Below, piece after piece: positions 16,611 to 30,463 of a stretch of 64,000 nt of DNA. The position numbers and the translations under genes were made by a program. The stretch lies in assembly GCA_037447605.1 (NCBI GenBank), contig CM074819.1:1386297-1450296 (forward strand), in the 5' to 3' direction. The notes beneath the pieces were generated by a model. It saw nothing but the letters and a program-made list of their open reading frames with translations. It searched no databases and was not told the DNA's origin. Position 1 is the first letter of the stretch, and every line of letters begins with the position of its first letter. Source of the DNA: Zygnema circumcarinatum SAG 698-1b (taxonomy: Eukaryota > Plantae > Zygnematophyceae).

Positions 16611-18212
16611 AACTCTTAAGGAAAGAATTGTAAGGAAAGCTCTCGACTTGCTTCGTCTCCCTTCTCAAAGCTCTTGGAATGGCTTCAGAGCCGCTTACCA
16701 CCACCACTCTTTCTGAAGGGGAGAGGTGCAACAAGGCAGCCGCCATAGTTTTTTTGGGCCGCAATATGTAAAGCTGCAAGCTCCTCCTTTGTTAGAGGAT
16801 GCGGCTTTCACTCTTTTTGTATTAGGTATGCTCGCGAAGCATCAGGTTTCCGGTCTAACACCCCTCTAGCTGCTTACCTCCAAAATTGTGTCAAGTATGT
16901 TAACGTGAACCCTTTGTTTAGTTTCCTTTGGAAAAGAGTTCGCAGAAGAAGGTTCTTCTGAGAGCACACTAGTAGAGAGATGTCTGAAGATAAGGGGGAG
17001 AGGGAGAGAGAGACAGAGGGAGAGAGAGAGNNNNNNNNNNCCCCCCACTCGCCCTACACAAAAGTTGTACGTAGGCATTTTATAAAGTAAAGATATACGC
17101 AATTCCTCGGTTTCTTGATCAGAAAACTAGTTCTCAATCGATTAACATGATGAGCCATCACCTTTCATCTCTTCCTTCACATTTCTTAATGTTACAATTT
17201 TGCACAAGTGCAGGGCACCCGCCAGCAGCCCCACCTCCGCCTTCCTCTCCCTCTCCTCCCCCTCCCCCTCCCCCTCCCAGCAGCTCTGCAGGGAGTCCCC
17301 TCCTGCAGATGAAGTCCCACCAAACAAACGACATTCTTCCCTCTCCCGATAGCCAGCGGCCGGGGGGGCCGGCCAGCATGCAGCCCACGAGGCCGGGCCT
17401 CTCTGAGAGGGAGATTGAAGCCATCATGGTGAGGAAGAACACCACCCCTTTGACCTAACTCGTGAGAAAAAGGGAAATGATGTGGCATTGATCTCACGAT
17501 GGCGATGCCCTACATGGACAAAAATCATCATGGGGAACCACGAGGAAACTGGTCACAGAGGACCTTATGACAGTAGAAACTCGTGAGTGTTTCTAGAAAG
17601 GCGAAACATGCTATATTTTAGTTCTTTAGTAGGAAGTTCCTCTATAGCTTCTGTCTTTTGAAGGATTTTTTATCCTTTCTTCTCGGGTCACACTGCTGTC
17701 TCTATATTTGCAGATTGCATAGACATGAAGATCTGATATAAATGTCTGTGTTCCGCGGATTGTTGCAGTTGGGGGGCGCTCCTATCTCTTGAAACTCTTA
17801 AGGAAAGAATTGTAAGGAAAGCTCTCGACTTGCTTCGTCTCCCTTCTCAAAGCTCTTGGAATGGCTTCAGAGCCGCTTACCACCACCACTCTTTCTGAAG
17901 GGGAGAGGTGCAACAAGGCAGCCGCCATAGTTTTTTTGGGCCGCAATATGTAAAGCTGCAAGCTCCTCCTTTGTTAGAGGATGCGGCTTTCACTCTTTTT
18001 GTATTAGGTATGCTCGCGAAGCATCAGGTTTCCGGTCTAACACCCCTCTAGCTGCTTACCTCCAAAATTGTGTCAAGTATGTTAACGTGAACCCTTTGTT
18101 TAGTTTCCTTTGGAAAAGAGTTCGCAGAAGAAGGTTCTTCTGAGAGCACACTAGTAGAGAGATGTCTGAAGATAAGGGGGAGAGGGAGAGAGAGACAGAG
18201 GGAGAGAGAGAG
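15861..18212. repeat. 1182-bp-offset direct duplication of KGD4 exons 2-3 and 3' region, joined across an N gap
   Basis: 15861-17030 and 17043-18212 look identical and are separated by a 10-N gap at 17031-17040. The second copy lacks exon 1. Confidence 0.9.
16299..16388 (+). repeat. Dispersed ~90-bp repeat (TGGCATTGGTCTC...GGAACCAC...CTGGTC), in KGD4 intron 2; duplicated at 17481-17570
   Basis: Aligns by eye with copies at 7644-7735, 27200-27293, 42825-42912, 44333-44422, 60875-60965. Confidence 0.75.
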
Positions 18213-18864
18213 AGAGGGGGGGAGAGAGAGAGAGGGGGAGAGAGAGAGAGTGGGGGGGAGAGAGAGAGAGAGAGAGAATACGCCTCACAAATTTCAGGTT
18301 TCAGGTTGTCTTTATGAACGACGTTTAGGGTTGCAGTTTCAGTTTTAGTTTCAGTTTTAGAGTTTGAAGTAAGCTGTACACTGCAATCACCTTGACGGCT
18401 ACTTTTGATGAAAAAAGTTTTAAGAACATTTTTTTCAGTAGAAGAGGAAATTGCGGCGGGTTAGCCAGCTTCGCGTTTTGCTCGCTCTGCAATTCTTTAT
18501 TTGAAAGAAAAAAAACCCTGGAAAGGCTCTTCAGCAAGAGAGGTTGAGCGCGGATCGCGATCCACCACGTGGGCATGAACACAACACAGAACCTGCAGCA
18601 TCCGGATTCCGACCACATTCAATGCACCTCACCACGCCCTGAACCACACAGTGCCCCCTCTGTGTGGCCCTCAGAGAACCCTGAACCCTGAACCTTACAA
18701 ACCCTAAAAAATAGATATGGAGGGAGTGCCCCCACAGGAGTGCTCCCCCCTTTTTCTTTCTGCTGAACTGCTCCCACTTCCCCCCTTGTGATTTTTGAGC
18801 TCTTCTTTTCACAGTCCTCCTGCCACTCTTCCTAGTTTTTCATCAATTCTTTACAGAAATCAAT

Positions 18865-19215
18865 AGTGGCACAGCTGACTCGAATCACAACACGCCACGT
18901 GTAAACAACGCGCCACGTGTACTCGTCACCTCGCCCAGTAGGGTCGTTGTGGACCTGGCGAGGCTAGTGACACAGGGATTCTCGAATCGCTTAGCGCCAC
19001 GTGTGCACGTCTACTTTTGGCTGTTTCAGATCCGTTTAGGCTAGTGGCACATTCATCTTCGATTCACGGTGCGCCACGTTTACAGCATGCGCCACGTGTC
19101 AATGCTCACTTTCGGCCGTTACAGATCTGTTTAGGAAAGATGGCACAGTGACGACCGAATCACGGAGCGACACGCGCACACCACAGCCACGTGTTGACCT
19201 CTACTTTTGGCCTTT
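18865..19215 (+). promoter_or_regulatory. Degenerate ~95-bp tandem repeat rich in G-boxes upstream of polyubiquitin
   Basis: Three to four units GTGGCACA...CGAATCAC-N5-GCCACGTGT...CTACTTTTGG, with five GCCACGTG G-boxes. Confidence 0.65.
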
Positions 19216-19448
19216 AGGCTAATCTCCTTCCTAGAGAAAACATAAACTAAAACTAGTACAGAAAATAGGAATAAATAATGCATAATTCAAGTACTGCTTC
19301 TTTTTCGTTGAAGCAAAATGTCAAATACGAATGCGCCCTCCTGGAATTCTCGCTATGCTCCCAAAAACAGCAAACCGGCGATCAGTCGGTTTTTTTCTGG
19401 TTTGCAAACTTGGACTTTGGAGTGAGCCTTCTTGACCCGTTGACCGCC

Positions 19449-19461
19449 TTCCAGAAGGTTC
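19449..19461 (+). promoter_or_regulatory. Heat-shock element
   Basis: TTCcaGAAggTTC is a perfect three-unit nGAAn inverted array about 110 bp upstream of the TATA box. Polyubiquitin promoters commonly carry HSEs. Confidence 0.7.
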
Positions 19462-19567
19462 CCGGTTGGTCCGTCCGCGGCTTCGAGACCCGAGAGCCGA
19501 TTCCTGTTCTGGAATCGCCGCCAAGACGTGACGTGCCGTGGAAGGCACGTTCAAGAGGAGGACAAAG

Positions 19568-19575
19568 TATAAAAA
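19568..19575 (+). promoter_or_regulatory. TATA box of polyubiquitin gene
   Basis: TATAAAAA 216 bp upstream of the ATG. Confidence 0.65.
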
Positions 19576-19759
19576 GGGGTTTGCATCTTGAGCGTGAGAG
19601 CAAGCTAGCGAAAGCAGTGCTATTGTTGGAGAAATTAGGAGACAGGCTGTCCAGCAGCATAAACTGCAGACAGGGAGATTTCTCGTTTGGCAAGTGGGGA
19701 TAAGTAAAAGGGGATCAGGGGGGGATCATATTCGGGAATTTGGAGAGGAGAAGTGTTGA

Positions 19760-20701
<942 letters not shown>

Positions 20702-21519
20702 GTAGTGGCGGGCCATAATGATTGAGTATTCAACGAGATGATGTGGACTTGCACTTTGTACTTCCGTTTCAGGGTGTAATGATGTAAATTGTTGTGCGTA
20801 ATAGCTGTTTCACTTGCTGGTGTCATGGAAGCGATGCGAGTCTTGGCTGTCTTCTGCGTTTCGAAGGTTAATTATGTGCGCAGGCACAGGCATTGTGTGC
20901 GCCTGCAGGCAGTCATTTCTGTTGAATTTTGCTTGTTTTGTTGTAAATGCGGCGGTGAGTATCCAGTCAGAATTCTGCAAACCGCTGGGTGATTCGAAGG
21001 TGAAATAGAGTGAATTCACGACTTGGAACAAAGGAGAATTCGATTATTTAGTTTATTAGAGCACAGCCAATTTTATATGTGCGAATACCCCGACATTGAC
21101 AGACAGCATGCGTTTTCAAACCCGAAAGAAAAGAGACTAAGAGAACCTGTAAATTGGTGTTGACTAGTGGAGGACTGCTTCTCTTAATATTCTCAAGAAC
21201 TGAGTTTTGGTCGTCCGATCTCCATAATCTTAGTCCAGAAGTGCAGAAAGCTTCACTCTTAAGCACTTTCCTTCCCATCGTCCTTGTTCCGTAAGAAACG
21301 CTCCCACTTTTCAGGAGTCCGAATTTACTGAAGCGCAGCTTTTTGCTCTCAGAAAGAGTGACTGTTTCGTTTTTTTTGAGGAAGGGATTTCCGTCTGAGC
21401 AGTTTGAGGAGGATATGGCGGCTACCGTAATGCCTGACCCTGAATCCATGGACCCCGCCGCAGTTGCCCATACTGCAGGAAGCGAAGCCTTCTCGGCCGC
21501 TTCAGAGCAGCTTTCATAT

Positions 21520-21617
21520 GGGTTAGGGTTAGGGTTACAGTTAGGGATACGGTTAGGGATACGGTCGGGGTCAGCGTAAGTGTTAAGAGTTCGAGGTTAG
21601 GGTTAGGGTTAGGATTA
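21520..21617. repeat. Short TTAGGG-type telomere-like island (telo-box-like) upstream of a gene
   Basis: gggttagggttagggtta...ggttagggttagggttaggattagg, 85-180 bp before ATG 21702. Confidence 0.7.
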
Positions 21618-21701
21618 GGAGCTTTGAAGGCCGGCGGCAGAAAGAGCCGCGAGAGTGATTGCTGCCGCAGGGCGACGGGCCTTCGCTTTGGCTCGATAGC
21701 A

Positions 21702-22671
21702 ATGGCGGTTTGCCAGGTTTATGCGGATGTTTGCCGCCATGTCTTCCCTAATGCCGCAATCCTGCCCACCTGCTCGCCTTTTGACATGCAGAATCGCTCT
21801 ATTGCTGTTCCAAGAACACTTAGCAGGAAGCATATGATGATGAAAGGTCTTTTAATACCGCCATCTAAACGATTCAGCTCGTTTCTTGTTCGACATTCAA
21901 TCGCCAGTTCCGCTTGCAGGAAGCCTGAAACATCCTGTGCCATTAGAGAATTTAGCAGACAACAGCCAAAAAGGGAACGAAACACTGTGTCAAATAGGAG
22001 GGAAGAACGGCTTGGATTGTCGCCATTTGCAGTTGGGAGACAGCGGCGATTGCTTGCAGCTTCAAATGGAGGGTCAGATGATACGACTGATACAAGCAAA
22101 GGCGCAGAGGCATTTTACAAGCAGCCTTTGTTTTATGTCCAACTCACTATCGCTATTCTGACTCTCGGTTTCGTTGATGCGGGGTAAGTAGCGTGCCCTT
22201 ATTGCTGCCCATTTTGGAATTCAAACCAAGTAAAGACGTGCCTTTCTGCTGGTTTTTTTGCACTTATTTGAAGTGTTTGCCCGTCTAAGGAAACTCTTAA
22301 GGCGTTACAAGCAAGCATTTTATGTTAAATGTTTGTTGATAGTCTGTCTTGGGAAAGTTTTTTAGGGTTTCTAGTGTGATCTGCAAGAGTGCATTACAGT
22401 ACTAGTGTACTGTAATGTGTGAAAGGTTCATGAGTGAAACAGAACATTTCTATTTTATTACGTGCAGGTGACTGCGTTTTTCGAAATTCTCCTCATTTTG
22501 TGCATCTTTCACCTGCTTTGTGAATGCAGTTACAGCGGGGACTGGTCACGAATTGGCGTTTTGTCTCAAGTACAGGAAGAGTTTCTGAAAACGGCTGCGT
22601 TTTTTGTTGTTCCCGGTTCAGCAGGCCTCATTTGGGGGATCTCAAAGAAGATGAACGAAAAGGAGGGCTAA
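21702..22671 (+). CDS. Uncharacterised protein with transit-peptide-like N-terminus and two C-terminal hydrophobic helices
   Basis: Exons 21702-22183 and 22530-22671 join in frame (GG|T). The motif LGFVDAGYSGDWSRIGV between hydrophobic segments is one I recall from conserved uncharacterised plant plastid proteins. Confidence 0.75.
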
Positions 22672-23537
22672 CCAGAACAAACGTATGCCGCTATCATCAG
22701 CTTCAAGGAAATATGCCCAAACACTTCAATCATAATAAGAGTGTTGGCTAGCGCTTAGCCACTTCTGATTTGCAGCTTAAGAATACCATCATACCCAGCT
22801 GCTTTATGTGAATCGGACTGAAATAGACAGAGTATGCATCCATGGATTCTATCCTCCACCAGCCTTAGTCCTCAGCCTCTTGTTGTTTCTTAGAGCCCGC
22901 CCGAGTGTCAAGTGTTGCACCATTGGACAACGAATCCACGAGGTAGCTTTCATCTGTTTCTGAAATGTATTGCATTGACCGTTATCCTACTGTTGGGCCT
23001 GCCCCATCCTCTTGGGATGAGCTGCAGGCCGTAAGACCATAGGTCCCCTTCTGAGAACTACGATTCTGCTTTTGGTAAACGGAATTTTAGGGTGTAGCGT
23101 TAAGGGTTTCCTCAAGAGTCATACTTCAGACCCTCAGCCTCCCCTGCAATGCAATGCAATCCCAAAGCTCACCAAAAAGAGTACTTTTGAAGCCTTCAGC
23201 ACTCGACATTTCAATGTGAGCAGGCAGGCAGTGGGTCCTGCATGCATGCATGCAGGCGGGAAGGGAGGACATGGTTCCATACATTTACTCTTGTGGCCCA
23301 TCGCTGCTCTTGTTGGTACAACTTTTGCATGCAAGACATGAGCCTTACAAATATGGCATCGTCAACAAAACTTGAAAGAGATTCTCAGGGGCGGGGTGTC
23401 CAAGATGGGGGGGGGGGTATCATTTTTTCTAAAAAAAACCTTAAACATTACAAAGGTTCCCTGCACAACAACAATTTGAAAGCATGAAAAAGCAGCAGTC
23501 CACCCCTAGGCCCTCTGACCTAATAGTTGCACATTTT

Positions 23538-23609
23538 CGAATCACGAGTCGCCACGTGTATACTTTGTCTCCACGTGTATACTTTGTACACGTGGCGAAT
23601 TTCCATTGG
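23538..23609. promoter_or_regulatory. Triple G-box with flanking CGAAT-N9-CCACG and inverted CCAAT-N9-CCACG
   Basis: CACGTG at 23553, 23572 and 23589. CGAAT 23538 + 9 nt + CCACG 23552; CGTGG 23591 + 9 nt + ATTGG 23605. Confidence 0.55.
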
Positions 23610-24663
23610 GCGATGCTGACTGTCGACCCGCCTCGAGCAACGACGGCGGCTCGCGCGCTGGAACGGCGACGAGGCCGTTCACACTTACCGACCGACCGAC
23701 TTGGAGTGCTGGCCAAGCGTTGTTGCCTGCAGGGAGAGGGGGAATGTGAGTGGGGGAGAGAGGGAGGAGAGTGGGAGGGAGTAGGAGAGAGGGAGGACAG
23801 TGAGAGAGGGAGTGGAGGGAAGGCGAAACGAGTGAAGAGAGATCTGGTTGCAGAGTGCTTCTGTTCCTAGAAGCGACTTAAAAGAGGTGAGATTGGCTGA
23901 GGAACTGGATGAGGTACGAATTTCTGTTTGGCGTCAGGTGGGAACTTGGTAGTGTAGTTTGAGTTGGTAGGCTTGAATGCTTGTTTGGCGGGGATTTGTT
24001 TGCGTATGGCTTCATATTTGAAGTCGTATGCGATTATTTCATTTGAAAAGCAAGCTGGATGTTTCAAGGACTCATATATGTCAGTCTATATGCTTCTGAA
24101 ATTGATGACCTCCTTCGGAAGTGATTCCAGTATGCAGTTTTTATTCACTTCTGATATCGATTGTGCGCCGGACTGTTCAGATAGTTATTTTCTAGAAGAT
24201 GAGAGTAGATTTGGATGCTAATTGTTCTTCATGCGACTCTTGTTATTTAGATTAATTAGAAACTTCGCGCGGTTCTCTACAATTCACACTGCCAAGAGAA
24301 CTGTTACTTGTGCCATCTGTCAAGTGTTATGGTCTGTATCTTCATTTTTTGTGCATTTCTGGTGTAGGTTGTCACTGTCAGTTGCAGGAGGTTCTTTTGA
24401 CGGAAGCAAAAGGTTTCTGGTTTCCAAAACTGTATAGATGAATGATTCAGTCCGTGAGGATGACTAATTGCATAGATTCCACTCGACTAACGTTTGCATA
24501 TCTCAATCGCGATATGCAGAACATTTTTGGTGGTCAGCATCTATCAATGACATCGTGACTGAATCAAGAACCTTCGAGTTCATCCAGAGGGGAAAAGCCT
24601 CTAGATTGCGTTCGTTCTGTCTGGATTTCTTCCAGCTTATTCTTATTCTTTCTTGTAGCCAAC

Positions 24664-26904
24664 ATGGCCTTCACCTCTTGCTTGCCTCCGCTGCTACCCG
24701 GCACAATATCAGCACCGCTCGCTCATTGTGGCACTCCTACTCACACTTTCTCCATCCGGAGCTCCCGGTCATTTGAGGCTGCGATATTAGACAATTATGT
24801 GAAGAATGGATTGAAGAGTGGCTGGAGCGACAGCGCATTCACAATGGGGCACCCTGCATTGAGGATTGTTTCAAATAAAGGATTCTGTCAGAAGTCGGCT
24901 GGGGTTAAATGCAACGCAGTGAAGATTAGCCAGAGCTCATGCGAAGGTTTTGACTCCAAGTCAACATCAGAAGAAACTAGAATTGTTCTGGTAAGACAAG
25001 GTAAGAATTCTGGCGACATAATAGGGCGACAAAGAGCAATGAGCTAGCGCACTTTTCTTTTTTTTTGTTGGGCGAGCCACCAGGATTATATATGTGTTTG
25101 CACCCATAGCTGAATATGAACCGTTGCTATACATGTATTTTGATGGACAAGGACCTCTTCTCAGACAGATCGTTCAAGACGAGAAGCGTACTAATATTGA
25201 GACGCACTGTTTCGTTAACGCGAGAGATTAGAAGGACTAGCAATTTCTACATTCTTGTTGGATTCGATATTTTTATACAGATTGTGGGACTTCCCTGGTT
25301 TGACGGAGACTGATGATTTGTAGTTGGGTTCTCAGAGACAAGCCACCCTTCACACGAGCAATTTTCAGACGGCAATTTCCGGGAGTCAGGATCTCGTAAT
25401 GGTGATAAATCCTCTGGCTGCTTTGCTCTTCAGACATTAGGCAAGGTTAGTGTCAATTCCCGTGCTCACAATGGGAAGACGATTTTCCTCATCCCAGATA
25501 CCTTTGTCGCCATTCTCTCATGTCTGCTTTTATCTGTGTTCTGTGTTTCTTTTGAATGAATAGAGGTGGGCTTCTGATATCCACGGAATTAGCTTGTTTA
25601 GAAGCTGTACTATTTCTGGAGCTTTCGAATGCTTTGTTAGGGAAGAACCTGCTGAATTCGAATTATTGAATTGGTTTTGAATTTTGCGAATAGACCGAAT
25701 ACATTTGGTGGTGGAGTAAGCAAATTGCGGACCTCTCTACCGTCCCTTAAACCTCCTTCATGGCGAATACTGTTGTAAATACTGTTGTTGTTGTTGTGTT
25801 CAAGAGTCCCATGATGAGTGCTTCATGCAGGTCGTTTGATTTTGGTGTACTGTGAAAGTCTAAGAAGAGTGCTTGTGGCGCCAGGACTATCGAAACTCAC
25901 TTTGGACAAAGTTGATTCATTTTTCATGTCAACTTGTTGTTCTTGCAATCGAAAGAACGTGTATCTCTTGTATTTCTGCTTTTGTGGAAGCGCTGATTTT
26001 TTCCTACCAATTTTCTAAGCTTATATCTTTGAGAGTATGATACCCCAGCTTGCATCTTGCATCTAGGGCCTTACCTGACTGTTCTGGATATTCCGTACAT
26101 CGCTATTCTTCGACAGAGCTGCGGATTAGTCTTGGGAAGGGAAGATAATTTAACCGCTGAATCTTTCTGCTCCTAAGAGGTTGCCGTCTATCTTATCGTC
26201 TTGCTATCTCTATTGCTGATTGTATGTACGCTGTTTTGTCATGCTGCAGGAGGAAGCAATGGGGCTTGTAGTCAACGCAGCCATTGGAACTGGCTGGACA
26301 ACAGGGTCAGGTCTTGAAGGGCCTTCATTGAAGAGCCCAGCAGCTCCTTCCTTCAAGGATGGCGCTGATCGACCCTGGCCTCCTCTTCTTAGCAAGTCAC
26401 CAAGGCGCAGGATTGCGGTGGAGTTCACTTGCAACAAGTGTGGAGAGAGAACCATTCGCGCTATCAATCCGCATGCCTACAAGGAAGGCACAGTCTTTGT
26501 TCAGGTAAAGAGTTAGCATGTTTTTCGAAGGCTATTTTGGGGGCTGCTATATACTTAGATGAACGGTTGCTCTCCCAAAGCAGTCGTTGACAGTTGTAGT
26601 ACTGATCCAGGTAGTGTTTGTACCCACTGGTGCCCAAAATCTTAAGAGGTGCTGGAGAGTTCCTTCTTTTTTAAAGGTAATCCATGACAGGAATTCAGGT
26701 TTTCTGATACAGTGGTTTTGTATTGCGGTTGTATTGCAGTGCAAAGGATGTGATGTCTTCCATAAGCTGGTGGACCATTTGGGATTGTTTCATGACCTAA
26801 AAGGACCCATCTATGGGCCTGCATATGGGACGCCTGACTTCACCTACCACCAGCCATACGACCCCTTTGCTGGGCAGAATTCGGACCCCTTTCCCGGCCT
26901 TTAA
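24664..26904 (+). CDS. DNL-type zinc finger protein (Hep1/Zim17-like organellar Hsp70 escort protein)
   Basis: Exons about 24664-25000, 25325-25445, 26230-26505, 26719-26904 join in frame. FTCNKCGERTIRAINPHAYKEGTVFVQ|CKGCDVFHKLVDHLGLF is the zf-DNL signature. Ser-rich transit-like N-terminus; upstream exons are less certain. Confidence 0.85.
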
Positions 26905-27199
26905 GGAGTGCTTGCAATGCTGATAGTCCTGGAATGACACGAAGCGGGCTTGAAGTCTATCTAAGGGGAAAGAAAATTTGCTACTAAGCTCTCAAAGTTC
27001 TGTGAATATTGCATTAGGTTCGCCTTCTGGGACCCACTTAGAGGATGAATATTTTTTTGGAAAAGCTGGTGGGAGGCATCAGTGGAGGGAAAAAAGGCGG
27101 TGGGGGGGGAAGGTGGGGAAAAGGAGGGGGAATCGGTGGGTGTACATTTGTATATGGTAGCATGTAGGCTTTAGTGTTATGTACAGGTAGATGGCTTCC

Positions 27200-27293
27200 T
27201 TAGGTCCTTTGCGACCAGTTCCTCATGGTTCCCCAGGCTGCTTTTGTCCGTGTGCATTTGATGGCATCATCGCCATCGTGAGACCAATGCCAT
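27200..27293 (-). repeat. Dispersed ~90-bp repeat copy
   Basis: Reverse complement matches the 16299-16388 family. Confidence 0.75.
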
Positions 27294-28421
27294 TTTCCCT
27301 TTTTACCCTTGGCTTTTGTACTTTGTACCGCTGTTTTTGATGTTTCATATGCTCGCCTTACAAGATTCCATCTTGTTCGTCTTTGCCAATTTCGTATGGG
27401 CCAAAGTCTGATTCTGGGTTGTAACATGCTAAGTCTTATCCCCCTTCACAGAAACAGTCTCAGTCAGTACATTAGGAGGTTTCAGACTTAGAAGAGGTCC
27501 ACATTTCTGAAGTCCAGACTTCTCTGCGAAACAGGTACTGTACTAACAGCGAAATCCGTAGTGCTTGCTTAAACTTGCCAACTTCTTAATACACTTTTCC
27601 ACCTCCAATTTTACAAGCTTCAAATGTCCAATTCAGCCAGGTTCAAATTCCGTAAGGTCTCTTAACTCAGCTTCCCAATATGAATTTCGAACTTGCCTTT
27701 CCACGAATACGGTACCACGAGACAGATACCGTATGGTTCATTGTCAAAATCCGTAACATCCAAATTCGGATGTCATGACGAAAAGCCAAGTTGGAAACCT
27801 CCTTTTCCCATTTTTCCCGTTCAAATTTCGAATTTCCATCAAACTTGAACTTGACCCGACCCAAATTCCGTATTTTCGATCTTCACTACGGAAATTCAAA
27901 TTCAATTTTTTCCTCAAAACGACGGCGGCGCCCCGCGCGCTCCAAATTCAAAGAGAGGACTGAAAAAGCGGAGGGGCCCTGAACCCTAATTACATAGTAC
28001 TGATTCTGACTCGTATGTCACCCGGCAAGGTACCGAGTTCGCGTTTGAGTCTCCCTGAGTCCCTGACAGGAACACGCAGGTAGGGGCGGAGGGAGAGAGG
28101 GAGAGAGGGAGAGAGGAAGGGAGAGGCAGGGGAGACGGAGAGGGAGAGTGGGAGAGGGAAAGGGAGGGAAGGAGAGGGAGAGGGGAGGGAAGGAGAGGGA
28201 GAGGGGGAGNNNNNNNNNNGGGGAAGAGGCAGAGGGAGAGGAGGGAGGGAAAGGAGGGAGGGAGAGGGAGAGAAGGAGAACGGTGACTACTGGAAGTGGG
28301 CGAGAATTGAGGGGAGAGAGCAGGGGAATAAAGAAGAGGGAAGAGCGAGGGAAAGGATTAGAGAGGTAGAGAGAAAAGGGACGTTGTTTAGGATTTCTTG
28401 GTGATTGTTTGGCCAGGCGTG

Positions 28422-29306
28422 ATGCCAAAGGCTACGAAGAAGGAGGGAGGGAAGGGAGGGGGTGGCAGGAAGACGAAGGATAAGAATGCGCCTAAGCGGC
28501 CGCTTGCAGCGTACATGTTCTACTGCAAAGATCAGCGGGAAGACGTGAAGAGAGAGAACCCTGAGGCGACTTTTACAGATATTGGAAAGCTGCTTGGAGA
28601 GAGGTGGAAGACGCTGACGGAAAAGGATAAGAAGGTAGGTGTATGGAAAGGTTTCTTGGATTGGATCACAGAGAAGGAGAGGGAAGCTGAAAGCCGAGAC
28701 TATTTTCAGGCTTGTCATTACTCAAATTTGGACTTGGAATTGAGGTTTGATGGCAGAAGCGAGCAAGAAGTGCTGTATTGTATCATTCGAATGGCAGGAA
28801 ATGCTTGTGCTTCGATGTAATCGGGTTCGCCGTGTATCTACTTGAATGCTTCTGGCCTTGTATTTGACTCTTCCCGCTATCGTAACGTTTTACATGGCCT
28901 TTTGTAGTGCTTAGTGAGCCAGTCTGCAAATGTACAGGTCTAAGATTTATGTACTTCGGAAGCTTAGGTGTTTCTGACACTTAGTTAGTAGTCAGCCTCA
29001 CGTCCTTGTTCTTCAGACTCCTCGATGCCGAGACTGTCAGCCTTCGCTGCTCTTTGTTAGCCATACGGAACATATCGGAAAGAAGGGCAAGAAAGCGCAG
29101 GCACGTATGTAGGAATGGAGCACGACTCTTATGTGTCTATAGGTCCCTTTATTAGGTCTTTCTGCCACTCAAGTAGTTCGAGCAATGACAAATCCTCACT
29201 GTCGCCTCTCTCCGTTTTGCAGCTCTATGTGAAGCAAGCTGAAGACGATAAGAAGCGGTACGAGAAGGAAATGCAACGCTACGGAGGCGACAATGAGGAT
29301 GATTAA
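28422..29306 (+). CDS. Small single-HMG-box protein, NHP6-like (98 aa)
   Basis: Exons 28422-28634 and 29223-29306: KDKNAPKRPLAAYMFYCKDQREDVKRENPEATFTDIGKLLGERWKTL...KKRYEKEM. Confidence 0.93.
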
Positions 29307-30463
29307 GCTTAAGCGTTACTGTAAAATAGGTGGAGCCCTATGTAGATATCTCACTGCTAAAAACTGTTACGAGGAGATGCTTCTCTTCTGCTAAGCAAAA
29401 CAAGTGAAGAACCAGCTGATTGCTGTAGCTGTTACAGTTCGCTGCCGTATTATCTTTCTCGCATTTGGGAGTCTGCTTGTGTTGCAAGGTTTAGCTGCTG
29501 GTAGACGATGCAGGGGTTGGCCTTAGGTACTGGTCTGCAATCTAGATGTTGTATAGGGAGGATATACACGAACAGATGCCAGGATTTCCAGGAGCTGGCT
29601 GAAAGTTCTCCTCGCTCCGCGCTCTTATTGCAGAATAAGGTCTCTTTTTTTGTCCGATTAAACGTATTGAGTGGCAATTCGGCCTAGTTGCAGGTGTTCA
29701 ACCTGGTCGCCCTCATCTGGAGCTTTGTGCTCGCTGACCTAATTGAGGAGATTTCTTTGCACAGCAGAAGCGCGAACAGCGTTGGAAAGTTTATGCAGAA
29801 TTCGTATTCTTTGTCTTATTTGAGTGCACATTCAGGTACACATAAGTTACTTTTCAGTGTTATGATAATGGTCTTGAACTTGGTTTTTTTTTCATCCGTC
29901 CCCGTTTTCAATTTCATTTATTGGAAGTTATAAGTGCAAAGAAATAGAGGAAGTTGATTTTTTGGTTTCTTTTCCTGACCTTATGCTAGTGAACTTCGCT
30001 TTGCAAACTGGATTTCTCTGTCACTGAGTGATTGACAGACTGGTTTATTGTGATGATGTTGCGACCCGAGGGAGAGAGGGAGACAGAGATTGAGAGAGGA
30101 AGGGCGGGAGAGAGAGGGAGGGAGCGAGAGAGGGCAAGGAGGGGTTCACCAACGGTCTCAATCCATTGCCGCCTTTTCATTGTGGAAACTGACAAGATGT
30201 TAGGATGAAATCTGACAAGATGGAATTTTTAGATGAAGCCATGCATAATGCCTGATGCGAGCTGCGTTCATGGCATCATCGGCCATGCATGCATGCATGG
30301 CCGCTAAAACGAGCTTTCCCTCGGGCCTCAGCGTGCTATCACTGCCAATCTCGCAACACCTGAAGTGCACAAAGAACACGAACCTTTGAGAATCTGCCTT
30401 GGAATATTGCGCAGATGGCGAAGTTGGATGGCCCTTCTGTTCCCGCCTCAATGCATGGGGCAT

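Noticed and set aside
21048-21449. 133-aa minus-strand ORF between UBQ and the next gene
   Set aside because: No recognisable domain or supported splice structure. It could be real but cannot be supported from sequence alone.
27520-27900. TCCGTA/TACGGA-rich segment with weak inverted ends
   Set aside because: The inverted match is short and no TSD is visible, so it cannot be called an element.
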